DNA of 54,409 bases from Octopus bimaculoides. Taxonomy: Eukaryota. The stretch is from assembly GCF_001194135.2 (NCBI RefSeq), contig NC_068991.1:13941524-13995932 (forward strand), read 5' to 3'. A program made the translations under genes and the position numbers. Below the pieces are notes generated by a model, which saw nothing but the letters and a program-made list of their open reading frames with translations, was not told the DNA's origin and did not search any database. How positions within the stretch are numbered: the first letter of the stretch is position 1; every line of letters starts with the position of its first letter. Of this stretch, positions 1-13,354 are shown one piece after another.

Positions 1-88
1 TATATATATATATATACATACATATATATATAATATATCTATATACATATATATAGACATATATTTGCATACATACACACACGCACAG

Positions 89-124
<36 letters not shown>

Positions 125-290
125 TCAAAAAGTTATTATTTAGAGCGAGAGGCAGACAGCTTGTCTGTGCATGTGGCGGGCGTTCGTGAGTGTGTGTAAA
201 TGTAGAAGAAAGATCGCGCGATTTTAAAAGTATAGACCATAAGTTGATATCAAGTGATATTCTTGAAGTCTGATCTTTTTTTTTTGACAG

Positions 291-540
291 ATTTGGTTGA
301 AGTATTTTCAGCCCAGATCAAAATCCTACCAAACTGTATCCAAAAGAATCTCCATATCATTTGTAAGCCATTGCATATCTTAAAAGTAGACGAACTAATT
401 TAGGTTTGCCGCCTAACTACTTCTTCAGGATCTCAATGTCCATTCTGCTGATACATGAACACACCTGAAAATCTGCGCCTGAAAATGCGCTAGGTCATAA
501 CTGCTACTTTTTCAATATTCGTACATGTAACACTGATGGA
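291..540 (+). mobile_element. Decayed CR1/L2-like LINE reverse transcriptase fragment
   Basis: Hand translation SAQIKILPNCIQKNLHIICKPLHIL...NTPENLRLKMR*VI resembles the RT N-terminal motif SxGPDxIPxxxLKxCxxxIxKPLxxLF...PENYRPISLTSV. Contains stops and a probable frameshift. Motif-level match only. Confidence 0.4.
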
Positions 541-680
541 GTGTTCAAGAGAATGAAACCGCGGTTTGAATGATGCAGTTCCTGTTTACCTCACATGTAC
601 ACGCATGCACGCAAATACACACACTCACACCTGCACCCAGATCCCCTTAAGTATGTATGCATCTATGTGTGTGTGTATTA

Positions 681-755
<75 letters not shown>

Positions 756-2106
756 NNNNNNNNNNNNNNNNNNNNNNNNNNNNNNNNNNNNNNNNNNNNN
801 NNNNNNNNNNNNNNNNNNNNNNNNNNNNNNNNNNNNNNNNNNNNNNNNNNNNNNNNNNNNNNNNNNNNNNNNNNNNNNNNNNNNNNNNNNNNNNNNNNNN
901 NNNNNNNNNNNNNNNNNNNNNNNNNNNNNNNNNNNNNNNNNNNNNNNNNNNNNNNNNNNNNNNNNNNNNNNNNNNNNNNNNNNNNNNNNNNNNNNNNNNN
1001 NNNNNNNNNNNNNNNNNNNNNNNNNNNNNNNNNNNNNNNNNNNNNNNNNNNNNNNNNNNNNNNNNNNNNNNNNNNNNNNNNNNNNNNNNNNNNNNNNNNN
1101 NNNNNNNNNNNNNNNNNNNNNNNNNNNNNNNNNNNNNNNNNNNNNNNNNNNNNNNNNNNNNNNNNNNNNNNNNNNNNNNNNNNNNNNNNNNNNNNNNNNN
1201 NNNNNNNNNNNNNNNNNNNNNNNNNNNNNNNNNNNNNNNNNNNNNNNNNNNNNNNNNNNNNNNNNNNNNNNNNNNNNNNNNNNNNNNNNNNNNNNNNNNN
1301 NNNNNNNNNNNNNNNNNNNNNNNNNNNNNNNNNNNNNNNNNNNNNNNNNNNNNNNNNNNNNNNNNNNNNNNNNNNNNNNNNNNNNNNNNNNNNNNNNNNN
1401 NNNATATATATATGTTGCATATATACATACATATATATACATATATATATATACATACAGATAGAGAGAGACACACACAAAGAGAAGTAGGTATGTTTAG
1501 ACACATTTACATACACGTATATATACACATACAGACGCATATATGCATACATATGTACGTTACTATATATGCGCTTATATAAATAAATAAATAAATAAAT
1601 AAATAAATACATACATGTGTTTATACGTATGTATATGTGTATATGTATATGTGTGCTTTTGTGTATGCATCTGCGTGTTTCTTTGACTGATTTCCCGGAG
1701 GACTCTGATAGAAAAATCACGTATATGCACTAACACTGGATTGCATTAACTAATTTACGCAGTAAAATCTCTATGACTCACATCGTGTATCTTTGAATAG
1801 GTTAAACACATGGCAGGTATCTAAACATAGAAACACCAGATTTCACGATGAAATTTCCCTTGTCTTTGTAATGTACTACTTAATAACCTGTGGTCGGTCA
1901 AGGCGATATGCATACTTTGACTTTAGAATTATCGACGTATCGTTGCGTTTTATAATCCTTTCTACAAGCGCACACGGTCACAAACACGCTCACACACATG
2001 CACACAGAGGCACACGCACACATACGAACATGTGCATACACATGCCTGCGCATATTAAAGCTTACATACTTACAAGTCGAGAGCGATTACAAACCTGTTC
2101 ACATGT

Positions 2107-2153
<47 letters not shown>

Positions 2154-3619
2154 AGCAAAATAGATGGTTGTTAAATCTCAAGAAGAGATTGAGTAATGAC
2201 TATACTAAAAAGTAAAGTCAGTCGTCACATCAAAGTAGCTGTTTCGTGTTACTACTAATTTAACCCTAGGCAGATTCTCCGCCAGCTGCTTATCGGTGCG
2301 ACTCTGCACCCTTTAAATGCAATATATTGTTAGCAGGGGAAGCGAACCCCTACCACCCTCTAGCAGGTAACAAGTAGCAGTGTACATACATACATCTATA
2401 GGACATAAAAAAAACGTTAAACACAATGAGAAACGAAAACATAGAAAACGAACATATTTCGAACAACGAAAAAGTCAAACTACACGTAGAAAAGATATAG
2501 AGAAAGTAAGAAAGAAAAAAAAAAAAACGATAATACACCTTGAATATCAAGAAAATAAAGGCTTTTTTTTCTGAAAAGTAGCGATAAATAAATACAATAA
2601 GATGAACTGAGATAGAATTAAGAAAAATTAGATTCATTATTTTGAATTGTTACAGAGATTCAAAGCCAAACCGGTGTCGTCTTTGCTGTTCTATATATAT
2701 ACATATACATACATAATTGTGCGCGCAAGTTTGCATGTGTTGATATGTATATAAGAAATACAAGAAATCACTTTCTCATGCCGTTCCATATAACAGCACA
2801 CGGATTCCTTGGTTTTGAACGAAATTCTTGATCACATAGTTACGCTTGCGTCTATAACGTTATTATATTAACGTCTATACGTAATTATATTAGTATTACT
2901 GTTACAGTAATTTTCACGTTTCAGGCGGTCTACTGGCGCAAATCAGTCAATGTTGTTGACTGTATTTTAGTTAAAGCTGTAGCTCTAAGAAGATCTGTCC
3001 AGATTTATCACTCTTAGGTATTTCCCATTGATAACGGCTAAGGAGCTAGAGACATCGATGTCTGGGAATCCTGATAGACACCGACAATGGATTGATTCGG
3101 TGTTTTTACAGTTTTTACCATAAGTGAACATTTTCTAGACAGTACCTTGGTGGATTTGCCTTTTAGCGGTTGAAATATTTCACAAACTTATTTTAACTAA
3201 CCTAAACGTAATTATATTTTATATTTATGTTTGTACGTTGAATTTTACTTCGAAAAACCCATTTTCTTGACAGAAAATGACTTATTGAGGAAGCTTATTT
3301 AGTTTCTACATTATATATGTGTTTCTTGAGTTCTTCTCAAAATAGCATATTCCCTCAGGGGTGTTTCCAAACGGAAAAGCAAATATAAAATTGCGTTTTA
3401 AGTATTTCTAAAATTATAAATGTCAACAGACTTGATATATGAGCGATAGTACTCTTCTATTTTGCTGACATCTCTCTTAATTGTGTCTTGTAAATAATAT
3501 ATAACGAAACTTTCCAATGAAGAAGTTTCAACTGGTGTGGTTGATGTATCAGTTAGGCTGTCATGTTCCATGCTGGAATTAAGAATAATTCTAGATCATT
3601 TGCATGATGGTAATTTAAT

Positions 3620-4140
3620 GATGCAGCGACGATACGGTGGTAGATTCTTTAGACGGGAAATTTTGTTTCATCACAGGGCCGGATCTACCTAAGCAGTTAA
3701 ATGTAATTCAACAGAAACGAACTTTCGAATGAGCGTCTAGATGGCGATGGCATCGCAGCGAGGTTAAAATGCTCTTTTGGAGTTCAATCCCCGCTGTGCG
3801 GCAATCGGACAAGCAACGTCTAATAGCCTGAACCAAAAACGCTTCATGAAGGAATTTGATAGATGGAAAGTGTTTATATGTATGCAATATGTAAAGTGTA
3901 GATCCCAGGATCAAGGTGTAGGAATTTTGTAAGTTTCGAGCAATCAGTAGAAGGTATTTAAACCAACTTTCAGGAGCGATAGTTGTTTATTGGCATAGGG
4001 GAATGGACGTTTTTCCCATATTGAAGTTGGATAAGTTGAAAAAAGTTATTTCATAGTTTACGTTTAGCAGCTGGAGTTGCTGTGTATGTAAATAAAAATC
4101 CAAATTTAGGGAATGGAGTAGATAAAATCCAGGCTAACTG
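3620..4140 (-). mobile_element. Decayed Penelope-like element (PLE) reverse transcriptase remnant
   Basis: Minus-strand frames give, in the expected order: VSLDFIYSIP (cf. VTLDVxSLYTNIP), NNFFQ, MGKTSIP/YAN (cf. AMGxxxAPSYAN), WFKYLLLI (cf. WxRYIDDIF), INTFH/PSIKFLHE (cf. LNxFHPSIKFTHE), CHRH and LR*IRPCDETKF (cf. LRxRRICSDE). Many frameshifts and stops. Confidence 0.6.
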
Positions 4141-4209
4141 AACCTCGAATGTAGAAGTTATCGAATTTAGGGGTAATCCGCTATCTACTCATCAGGGATT
4201 CCATGTTAA

Positions 4210-4594
4210 CTCGCATTGCATGTATGTATGTACGTACGTGTGTGTACGTATCTATGTATGTCCGTACGTGCGTGCATGTATGTGTGACTATACCTGTATG
4301 TATGTCCGTCTGTACGTATATGTATGTATGTACGTATGTGCATGTATGTATGTATGTCTGTAAGTACGTGTGTGTGTGTATGTATGTATGTACGTGTATG
4401 TATTTATGTATGTATTTATGTATGTATGTATGTATATATGTATGTATGTGAGTGTGTATGTATTATGAATTTATGTATGTAGCCCAGAGAGACGGACAGA
4501 TATACAGACAGAAAGACAGACAGACAAACATATATATATATATATTACAGACAGACAGACAGACAGACAGATAGATACAGAGATAGATAGATAA

Positions 4595-4638
<44 letters not shown>

Positions 4639-4646
4639 TCTCTGTC
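4210..4646. repeat. Compound microsatellite (TATG)n/(ACAG)n/(ATAG)n
   Basis: Directly visible tandem tetramers running into an N-gap. Confidence 0.95.
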
Positions 4647-5171
4647 NNNNNNNNNNNNNNNNNNNNNNNNNNNNNNNNNNNNNNNNNNNNNNNNNNNNNN
4701 NNNNNNNNNNNNNNNNNNNNNNNNNNNNNNNNNNNNNNNNNNNNNNNNNNNNNNNNNNNNNNNNNNNNNNNNNNNNNNNNNNNNNNNNNNNNNNNNNNNN
4801 NNNNNNNNNNNNNNNNNNNNNNNNNNNNNNNNNNNNNNNNNNNNNNNNNNNNNNNNNNNNNNNNNNNNNNNNNNNNNNNNNNNNNNNNNNNNNNNNNNNN
4901 NNNNNNNNNNNNNNNNNNNNNNNNNNNNNNNNNNNNNNNNNNNNNNNNNNNNNNNNNNNNNNNNNNNNNNNNNNNNNNNNNNNNNNNNNNNNNNNNNNNN
5001 NNNNNNNNNNNNNNNNNNNNNNNNNNNNNNNNNNNNNNNNNNNNNNNNNNNNNNNNNNNNNNNNNNNNNNNNNNNNNNNNNNNNNNNNNNNNNNNNNNNN
5101 NNNNNNNNNNNNNNNNNNNNNNNNNNNNNNNNNNNNNNNNNNNNNNNNNNNNNNNNNNNNNNNNNNNNNNN

Positions 5172-5224
<53 letters not shown>

Positions 5225-5699
5225 CGTATATACATATATACACAATGCACACAGAAAGATATAGGAATTCACACAGACACGCGCAGATCACACACACACA
5301 CATACAGAAACACTCAAACACACACATCTGCGCAAGTATTCTTTCTCTCTACTTGAAGTTTTCAATGTACTGACTATCACCATTTAATATTATCTCGTTG
5401 AGCTATAACGTTATAACGTAATATTTTTTGAAATTCCAATTCATATCACTTTCCGCCATGTTTTTTTTTTTTTTTTCCTTGTTCATTCAACTGCACACAT
5501 TTTCGATAAATATCTACTGAAGCTTATGAAAAGCAGGTGTCATTATTGTCAAGTAAATGGCCGCCGGATATTGATTTGATGCTTGCGGGGAACAAAATGC
5601 AAGAACATTGAAAGCGTCATTTTGAGAGTCAATCATCCTTTATGCTTCTGTTCCTGATTGGTCCTGAAATTGATGGTGGTAGTTGTGGCGATACTAATG

Positions 5700-5780
5700 A
5701 CGGTGGAGGCAGTAGTACTAGTAGTAGTGGTAGCGGTAGTAGTAGCAACAACAGCAGCAGCAACAGCAGCAGCAACAACT

Positions 5781-5828
<48 letters not shown>

Positions 5829-5878
5829 TAATGGTGACAGCAGCAGAAATAACATCAGTAGTAGTAGTAGTAATAATT

Positions 5879-5923
<45 letters not shown>

Positions 5924-6024
5924 GTAGTGCTGCAGCTGTTACTACTACTACTACTACTACTACTACCACTACTACACTACTACTACTACTATTACTACTA
6001 CTACTACTACTACTACCACTACCA

Positions 6025-6070
<46 letters not shown>

Positions 6071-6090
6071 TACTACTACTACTACTTTCT
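5700..6090. repeat. (AGT)n tract immediately followed by its complement (ACT)n
   Basis: Directly visible. The switch occurs around 5925-5942 (gtagtgctgcagctgttactact). Confidence 0.95.
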
Positions 6091-6849
6091 CTTCTTACTC
6101 TTCTTACTCCTCCTTTCATCCTTCTATCTCTCTCCCTCCTGGAGCACGATACTTTGGGTAACTGCCGCAGACGTTTTTCTTATGTGTGTGAGGGTGGGGT
6201 TGGATGGGTGGGTTTGGTTCCGTGTGTGTGAGTTGTGTGTACATCTGTAAGCACACGTGCATGTGGTTTCGTATANNNNNNNNNNNNNNNNNNNNNNNNN
6301 NNNNNNNNNNNNNNNNNNNNNNNNNNNNNNNNNNNNNNNNNNNNNNNNNNNNNNNNNNNNNNNNNNNNNNNNNNNNNNNNNNNNNNNNNNNNNNNNNNNN
6401 NNNNNNNNNNNNNNNNNNNNNNNNNNNNNNNNNNNNNNNNNNNNNNNNNNNNNNNNNNNNNNNNNNNNNNNNNNNNNNNNNNNNNNNNNNNNNNNNNNNN
6501 NNNNNNNNNNNNNNNNNNNNNNNNNNNNNNNNNNNNNNNNNNNNNNNNNNNNNNNNNNNNNNNNNNNNNNNNNNNNNNNNNNNNNNNNNNNNNNNNNNNN
6601 NNNNNNNNNNNNNNNNNNNNNNNNNNNNNNNNNNNNNNNNNNNNNNNNNNNNNNNNNNNNNNNNNNNNNNNNNNNNNNNNNNNNNNNNNNNNNNNNNNNN
6701 NNNNNNNNNNNNNNNNNNNNNNNNNNNNNNNNNNNNNNNNNNNNNNNNNNNNNNNNNNNNNNNNNNNNNNNNNNNNNNNNNNNNNNNNNNNNNNNNNNNN
6801 NNNNNNNNNCTCTCTCTCTCCCTCTCTCTCCCTCTCTCTCTCCTCTCTA

Positions 6850-6880
<31 letters not shown>

Positions 6881-6884
<4 letters not shown>

Positions 6885-6965
6885 GTGGGTTCGATTCCCA
6901 GACCGAACGGTACATTGTGACCAGCGATGTATAAAAAACATCTGATAGTCCTGGTCAACCACGTG
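6881..6965 (+). mobile_element. 5'-truncated tRNA-derived SINE fragment (family C-like head)
   Basis: B-box GGGTTCGATTCCC followed by agaccg, as in the copies at 28209 and 44048. Confidence 0.4.
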
Positions 6966-6973
6966 ATCACGTG

Positions 6974-7011
<38 letters not shown>

Positions 7012-7296
7012 AGCAGATTTGAGTTGAGTAGTAGTGTTTGCCTGGAACATTGTCTTGTATATGTATACATATTTATATTTTTTATAAAGTCAAAAGAATG
7101 CAAGTTGTAAGAAATAACCCAATCGATAGATTGTGTTCTTTCCCTGCATTTCAATATTTCAGGGCTAGGAGCCCTTCTTCACGAAATTACCCGAAGAAAT
7201 AGTGTGTTGAGCTGATGTCAATGTGTTACAGTGTATGTATACGAAAGAGTTGGTAAGCGTGCACAGGTTAGTGTTGCTATAGTAGACAATGATGAT

Positions 7297-7935
7297 GGCG
7301 CATGGCTCAGTTTTTAGAGCATCGGGCTGGCAATCATGTGGTAGTGAGTTCAATTCTCGGATTGGGCTGTGTGTTGTGTTCTTGGGCAAGACACTGTATT
7401 TCACGTTGTTCCAGTTTACTCAGCAATAGGAAATGAGTTGCGACATCACTGTTGTCAAGCTGTATCGGCCCCTTTGCCTTTTCCTTGGGTAACATCGGTG
7501 GTGTGAAAAGACGGTGCTGATATGCATGGACAACTGCTCGTATTCCATAAACAACCTTGCCGGACTTGTGCCTCAGAGGGGAAACTTTCTAGGTGCAATC
7601 CCATGGTCATTAATGACCGAATGAGGTCTTTACTTTTTGCGCTATGTACATATAATGGCGTGAAGTGAGGAGAATGGTGTGCATGGGCAATGCCTGGTCT
7701 TCCATAAACAAATTTGCCCGGACTTGAACCTCGAAGGGGAACTTTCTAGGCGCAATCCCATAATCATTCGTGACCGAAGGGAATCTTTACCTTTTACCTT
7801 ATGTTCCTATAATTATGAAGAGGGTGGTATACATGGATAACTACTGGTCTTCCATAGACAACCCCGCCCGGACTTGTGCCTCGAAGGGGAACTTTCTAGG
7901 TGCGATCCCATGGTCATTCGTGACCGAAGGGGATA
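7297..7935 (+). mobile_element. tRNA-derived CORE-like SINE (family D) with its 3' ~150 bp triplicated
   Basis: A-box-like TGGCTCAGT, B-box-like GAGTTCAATTCTC and CORE-like gtgttcttgggcaagacact. The 3' module ttccataaacaac...ggacttgtgcctc...aactttctaggtgcaatcccatggtcatt..tgaccgaa recurs at about 7543, 7700 and 7850. Confidence 0.75.
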
Positions 7936-8251
7936 ATTTAATTTCGTGTAAAATTATACAGTATAGGGTGTTGTTGTATTGCATAGTGTAGTGCTTTGTT
8001 ACGTAGTGTAACAGAAAGTACATTGCTAAAAAAAAAAATGAAATCGATATCAGTGGAAAATTATCAAATCGATATTGTCATACTTTCAGCGAATGCTAGT
8101 TTCTTTCTCAAGGTGAAAGCTTCTTCAAATGTTTCTGTATAATAAAAATTTTATTTCATTGTACAGCTATATTTCAAATGTTGCTGAAAGGATTCGACGA
8201 GTTGAAATATTCATAGCGGAATTGTCATGACTAAAACCGATACGTACATGC

Positions 8252-8282
<31 letters not shown>

Positions 8283-8284
8283 AA

Positions 8285-8326
<42 letters not shown>

Positions 8327-8681
8327 CATGAGTACGAGCGCGTATGTAAGTTGTAAATTCAATATAGCATAATCTAGTGGTGAGAGTAATGTGTAGTGTC
8401 AGTGGTGAATGTAATACAATGTCAATAGAGTATGTAACGTAGAGTTCATAGTAATATACTGTAAGTTTTAAATGTAATATATCATTGATAAATACACAGC
8501 TCTGTCGAAGATACGTATAATACGGTGTTAGAATGGAATGTGATACAGTAAAGTCGTATTTTGTTGCGGTTTTCGTGTTCTAGTGCAGATCATAACTATT
8601 TCACCCTTGGCTCTCTTCTGTAATATTACTTAAAGTTATATCACCCAGCAACAATTCTGTTTATTTTCTTTGTAATCCGAA

Positions 8682-8885
8682 AGGCACTGTGCTGACAGAC
8701 TTGTTACTGCGCTGGTCAAATGTTTTTGTAGCATTCCTGTCTTTTTACGTTATGAGTTCAAATTCCGCCGAGGTTAAATTTTGCTTTTAATCCTTTCGGG
8801 GTTTGAGGGAAAACGTAGCAACTGAACACTGGGAACGATGTTCAGTCGACTAATCACTTACCTACAAATTTGCTGGCTTTTGTTT
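8682..8885 (+). mobile_element. tRNA-derived SINE family A, diverged copy
   Basis: gagttcaaattccgccgagg...aatcctttcgggg matches the reverse complement of the copy at 41060-41290. Confidence 0.8.
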
Positions 8886-9287
8886 TTTTGCCAAAATTAT
8901 AATTGTTTACCGTTTTGCTTATTATTTTACCGTAACTTGCTTATTATTTTCTTATTCCAAACGCGTTCTATCTAATTACTACATTATCTAATTTGTCCAT
9001 CATTTTCTTTCTTTTTTCAGACTACATAGAATGGGAATTAGCTGTTGTTTCTTGCAGGATATCTAACAAACAAACAAGTTCTTTTTTTCGATAACTTGTG
9101 TGAAGTAGATTGTTTTTGTTTGCTCGTGTGTGTGCATATGTGTTTGTGTGCGTATGTGTATGTATGTATGGGTATGCGTGGGATTGTCATTTAGTATGCA
9201 AGCCAGTGTATGTGCATGTGTGTGTATGGGTATGTGTGGAATTGTTATTTTAGTGTGTGGGTCTGTGTACATGTATGTAGATGTGTA

Positions 9288-9342
9288 TGAACATATTTAC
9301 ATCTTTATTCTGAACATATTTACATCTTTATTCTGAACATAA
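9288..9342. repeat. 23-bp tandem duplication (x2.4)
   Basis: tgaacatatttacatctttattc repeated at 9288 and 9311, partial at 9334. Confidence 0.9.
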
Positions 9343-10154
9343 TAACAAGAAAATTCCTGATTCCAGTTACTAATCTGACATAAAAAAACCTTTGTTTCTT
9401 TAATCTGTCTTTAATCTACCTGCTTGTTTTTTTTAATGACATAATATATCTTTTATTTACCGTTTATTTGTAATTTTATATTTTTTTCTATTTCCCAGGT
9501 AATAACGACAACAACGTTTGTTATTATAATAATAATTATTTTTATTATTATAAAAAATAATATTAATCAGAAAGATACTCTACCACACTCGCATTCTTTA
9601 TAAAAATATGAGACCACCCACCGATATTTTTCAGGAATAAATCATTCTTCCATCTGTAAGCAGTAGAGCGAGTTTCATGTTACGCTCTTTTTTTTCTTTC
9701 ATTTTCTCATTGTTTTTCATTTACTTTATTTTTCAGTAAATTGATTTTTATTTATTTCTTTATTTATTTTGTGTAGGTGTGTGAAAGTGAAGCGTGATTG
9801 GAAAGGTGGGTACAAATTAGCAACGCTTGAAAGCATAAAATCACTTTAACGATAATATCGATTTGTTTTGATCAGACGCAAGACCAAATTGCTTTAGTGA
9901 GGAAGTGACTGATACAGGCTATAGAATTCATATCCCTTAGTATACCGCTGGTATATAATTAAACATACATTCAATTTATAACAAACAGAGACGTTAAATA
10001 AATACTTTTAATGTGTCTAGTTCGACCAAATCTTTGCCCTTACTTTTAACATTACAGCAATATGATTTTATAACTTTATACTTCTATACATATTTATTTA
10101 TGTATAGCTGTATCGATCTCTCCCTGTCTCCCTCACACACACACTCTCACACAT

Positions 10155-10203
<49 letters not shown>

Positions 10204-10215
10204 TTATTTACCTAT

Positions 10216-10250
<35 letters not shown>

Positions 10251-10447
10251 TTCCTTTCATATCGATATATTTACAATATTTATGTTTAGATATTTACAAA
10301 GTAGTTGATGCGGATGTTGTACCATATTTTCTTTCATTAATCATACATGACTACATATGAGCGGTTGCACACTATCATATGCATGCGTGAACACACACAC
10401 ACATATTTATTTATGCATTTTTATGGATATATATGTGCGTGTAACAT

Positions 10448-10488
<41 letters not shown>

Positions 10489-10751
10489 NNNNNNNNNNNN
10501 NNNNNNNNNNNNNNNNNNNNNNNNNNNNNNNNNNNNNNNNNNNNNNNNNNNNNNNNNNNNNNNNNNNNNNNNNNNNNNNNNNNNNNNNNNNNNNNNNNNN
10601 NNNNNNNNNNNNNNNNNNNNNNNNNNNNNNNNNNNNNNNNNNNNNNNNNNNNNNNNNNNNNNNNNNNNNNNNNNNNNNNNNNNNNNNNNNNNNNNNNNNN
10701 NNNNNNNNNNNNNNNNNNNNNNNNNNNNNNNNNNNNNNNNNNNNNNNNNNN

Positions 10752-10793
<42 letters not shown>

Positions 10794-12920
10794 GCAGTTC
10801 TTCATGTGAGCAGCGTTTAAAGAACTCCGGATTCTATTGGCAATTGGTTTTAGCAGAGGAGATTATTAAATGATTTTGACGTGTAATTGGAATACTGTAA
10901 AGAAATGCTGGCTTTGTTGTGGCCATTAGAAAATATTAGAATATTCTTGTGCTCATCTATCTAGTAACATTGAATTCCCAAGCATGCCAAAATGTTTGGT
11001 ATGATTCGGGTTGTTTCCTTACTCTTTTCGAGCTTATAACATAAGTCATACCCAATATCTATGCAACATACCTTTTACTTTTTTGGTGAGGTGGGGGAGG
11101 GTTGTGGTCTTTTTCTTAAAGAAGCTGTGTTTATTTAGGAAGATTTTAATTTATTTTTTCTTCTTTTATATTTTTGGCATTTTTTGAGATATGTGTTACT
11201 GAAAGTATATTTTTATGACATAATTGTAAAATTGATATCTTTCCTGCCTTATCATTTAAGGTCTACGGAGGATAGCCCTTTTACCTCTTTACCTTTTAAT
11301 TTTTATTTTTGACCTTTTAGTTTCTGTTTTCCGTTTTCCGTTGTTTACTGTATGCGTTTTCTATATGCTGCCTTCTCAGTTTTTCGTGTTTCTTCTATTA
11401 TTCAATTTCTTTAGCTCGTCATGATACGTGGTTTGCACCTGAAGAATATGTTTGAGTTGTCTCAACACATGTACACACACAAAGAGGGACGCAAACGCAT
11501 GCGCATATAAGGATACACTTCATAGAAGAACAGAATGAAAGAAGTGGAGCAAGAGCACACCCGAAGATGAAAAGAGTCGCTGAATAGGTCACAGATGTGC
11601 GACGAAAGATTTCTGGACAATGAACATGAGTTAGAATAAGAACAGTAATACACGAGTAAAGAATGGATATATAGTGCATGTGTTTATCTTGCAAAAAAAG
11701 ACATGACTATCCCTAAACACAATATATATATANNNNNNNNNNNNNNNNNNNNNNNNNNNNNNNNNNNNNNNNNNNNNNNNNNNNNNNNNNNNNNNNNNNN
11801 NNNNNNNNNNNNNNNNNNNNNNNNNNNNNNNNNNNNNNNNNNNNNNNNNNNNNNNNNNNNNNNNNNNNNNNNNNNNNNNNNNNNNNNNNNNNNNNNNNNN
11901 NNNNNNNNNNNNNNNNNNNNNNNNNNNNNNNNNNNNNNNNNNNNNNNNNNNNNNNNNNNNNNNNNNNNNNNNNNNNNNNNNNNNNNNNNNNNNNNNNNNN
12001 NNNNNNNNNNNNNNNNNNNNNNNNNNNNNNNNNNNNNNNNNNNNNNNNNNNNNNNNNNNNNNNNNNNNNNNNNNNNNNNNNNNNNNNNNNNNNNNNNNNN
12101 NNNNNNNNNNNNNNNNNNNNNNNNNNNNNNNNNNNNNNCATATAATTATACAGATGTGTGTGTGTGTGTGTGTGTAATGAAATCTACACAATTTCAGCAG
12201 ATCATCAACGTTGGAGTCCCGCATTACGACGCAGCACGAACTGGTCATCCGATAACAATCTGTGAACGAGCTAAGGCTTATTTTAGATCGGTCCTGTAAA
12301 TCCTGCTTTGACCTACATAGCCACATGTTGTTCTACCGAATTTAAATCCGGTGGAAATCATCCTTGACCTTGCGAATAAATCACATGAGTTTCGGTAAAC
12401 AAAGGTGACGAAATTAAAACTAAGGATATTCTGTATGCATTAGTGTAAACAAATCATATTAATTTTCTTAATGTTACATGATTGACAGCCGATATTTAAT
12501 AACAAGAGAAATGGCACAGCTTTGATAGGAATAAGTGTGTATTAAATTCATTGTGCATTATTTTCGTTGGCAAGTTTATTTATAGCTTCCTAAATTGATC
12601 CATTATTAAATCTCGGTCGCTAGAAATATAAGAACGTTGTAAGCAACGAACACTCCAATTATGTTTGGTATTTGAGAAAACCTCGTATAGCATTTTACAT
12701 GAAGTGGAAAATCGTAAATAGTCGCAGGGGAGGAGAAATTGCGGGTTATACAGAGCAAAATTATCACAAGAAATTTAAAACAAGAAAAAAATGAATTTAT
12801 AAAATATCAATTTCACGAATTTCAATGAATGCTGACGATTAAAAAAACAACTATTTTAATGAAATTTAAAAAACACTAATCACAACATTAAAGCAACACG
12901 CAACTGTGTTGTTTTAACAA

Positions 12921-13116
12921 CATACAGGGATATATTATAATAGACAGTGATATGCCATTGTAGACAGTGATGTGTCGCAGTACACAATGATATGTCATAC
13001 TACACAGTGACGTATCATAACACACAGTGATATGTCTTAGTACATGGTGACATGTCATAGTATACTGTAATGTGTCATAGAACACAATGATAGGTCAAAG
13101 CATACAGTTATGTGCC
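12921..13116. repeat. 20-bp minisatellite, about 10 diverged units, consensus TACACAGTGATATGTCATAG
   Basis: Units fall in a 20-bp register, e.g. tagacagtgatatgccattg / tacacaatgatatgtcatac / cacacagtgatatgtcttag. Confidence 0.85.
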
Positions 13117-13137
13117 AATTCGTTACTACATACTATA

Positions 13138-13354
13138 CGAGGGGGTGCTGAATACTTCCTGGCTTTGGGAAAAAGAAAATACAGGACGATCAGTAAATTA
13201 TAATTTTATTTAAGATATTCCCCCCTCAGAGTCACACACTTATTGCAGCTGTCCTTCAGTTATTTTAAGCTCTGTGAAAGAACTCAGAAGGTTGGGTCTC
13301 CTACCAGACCTTTCGCGATACCCCTAAATCCAGTAACTTTTCAGTACCCCCTCG
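13138..13354 (-). mobile_element. Mariner-derived MITE / internally deleted mariner (217 bp)
   Basis: TA at 13136-37 and 13355-56. TIRs cgagggggtgctgaatacttcctggcttt and atccagtaacttttcagtaccccctcg. The minus strand retains CNKCVTLRGEYLK*, the mariner transposase C-terminal KCVxxxGxY motif. Confidence 0.9.

Noticed and set aside
2250-2520. Recalled resemblance to an octopus PLE-associated repeat on the minus strand
   Set aside because: No second copy or intact motif in this window supports it.
4185-4200. Minus-strand CTGATGA near 4190 as a hammerhead core
   Set aside because: No GAAA follows the putative stem II.
5642-6250. 202-aa poly-S/V/L/Y ORF and the many YI/HT/VC/LS-repeat ORFs
   Set aside because: Translations of microsatellites, with no domain content or codon structure.
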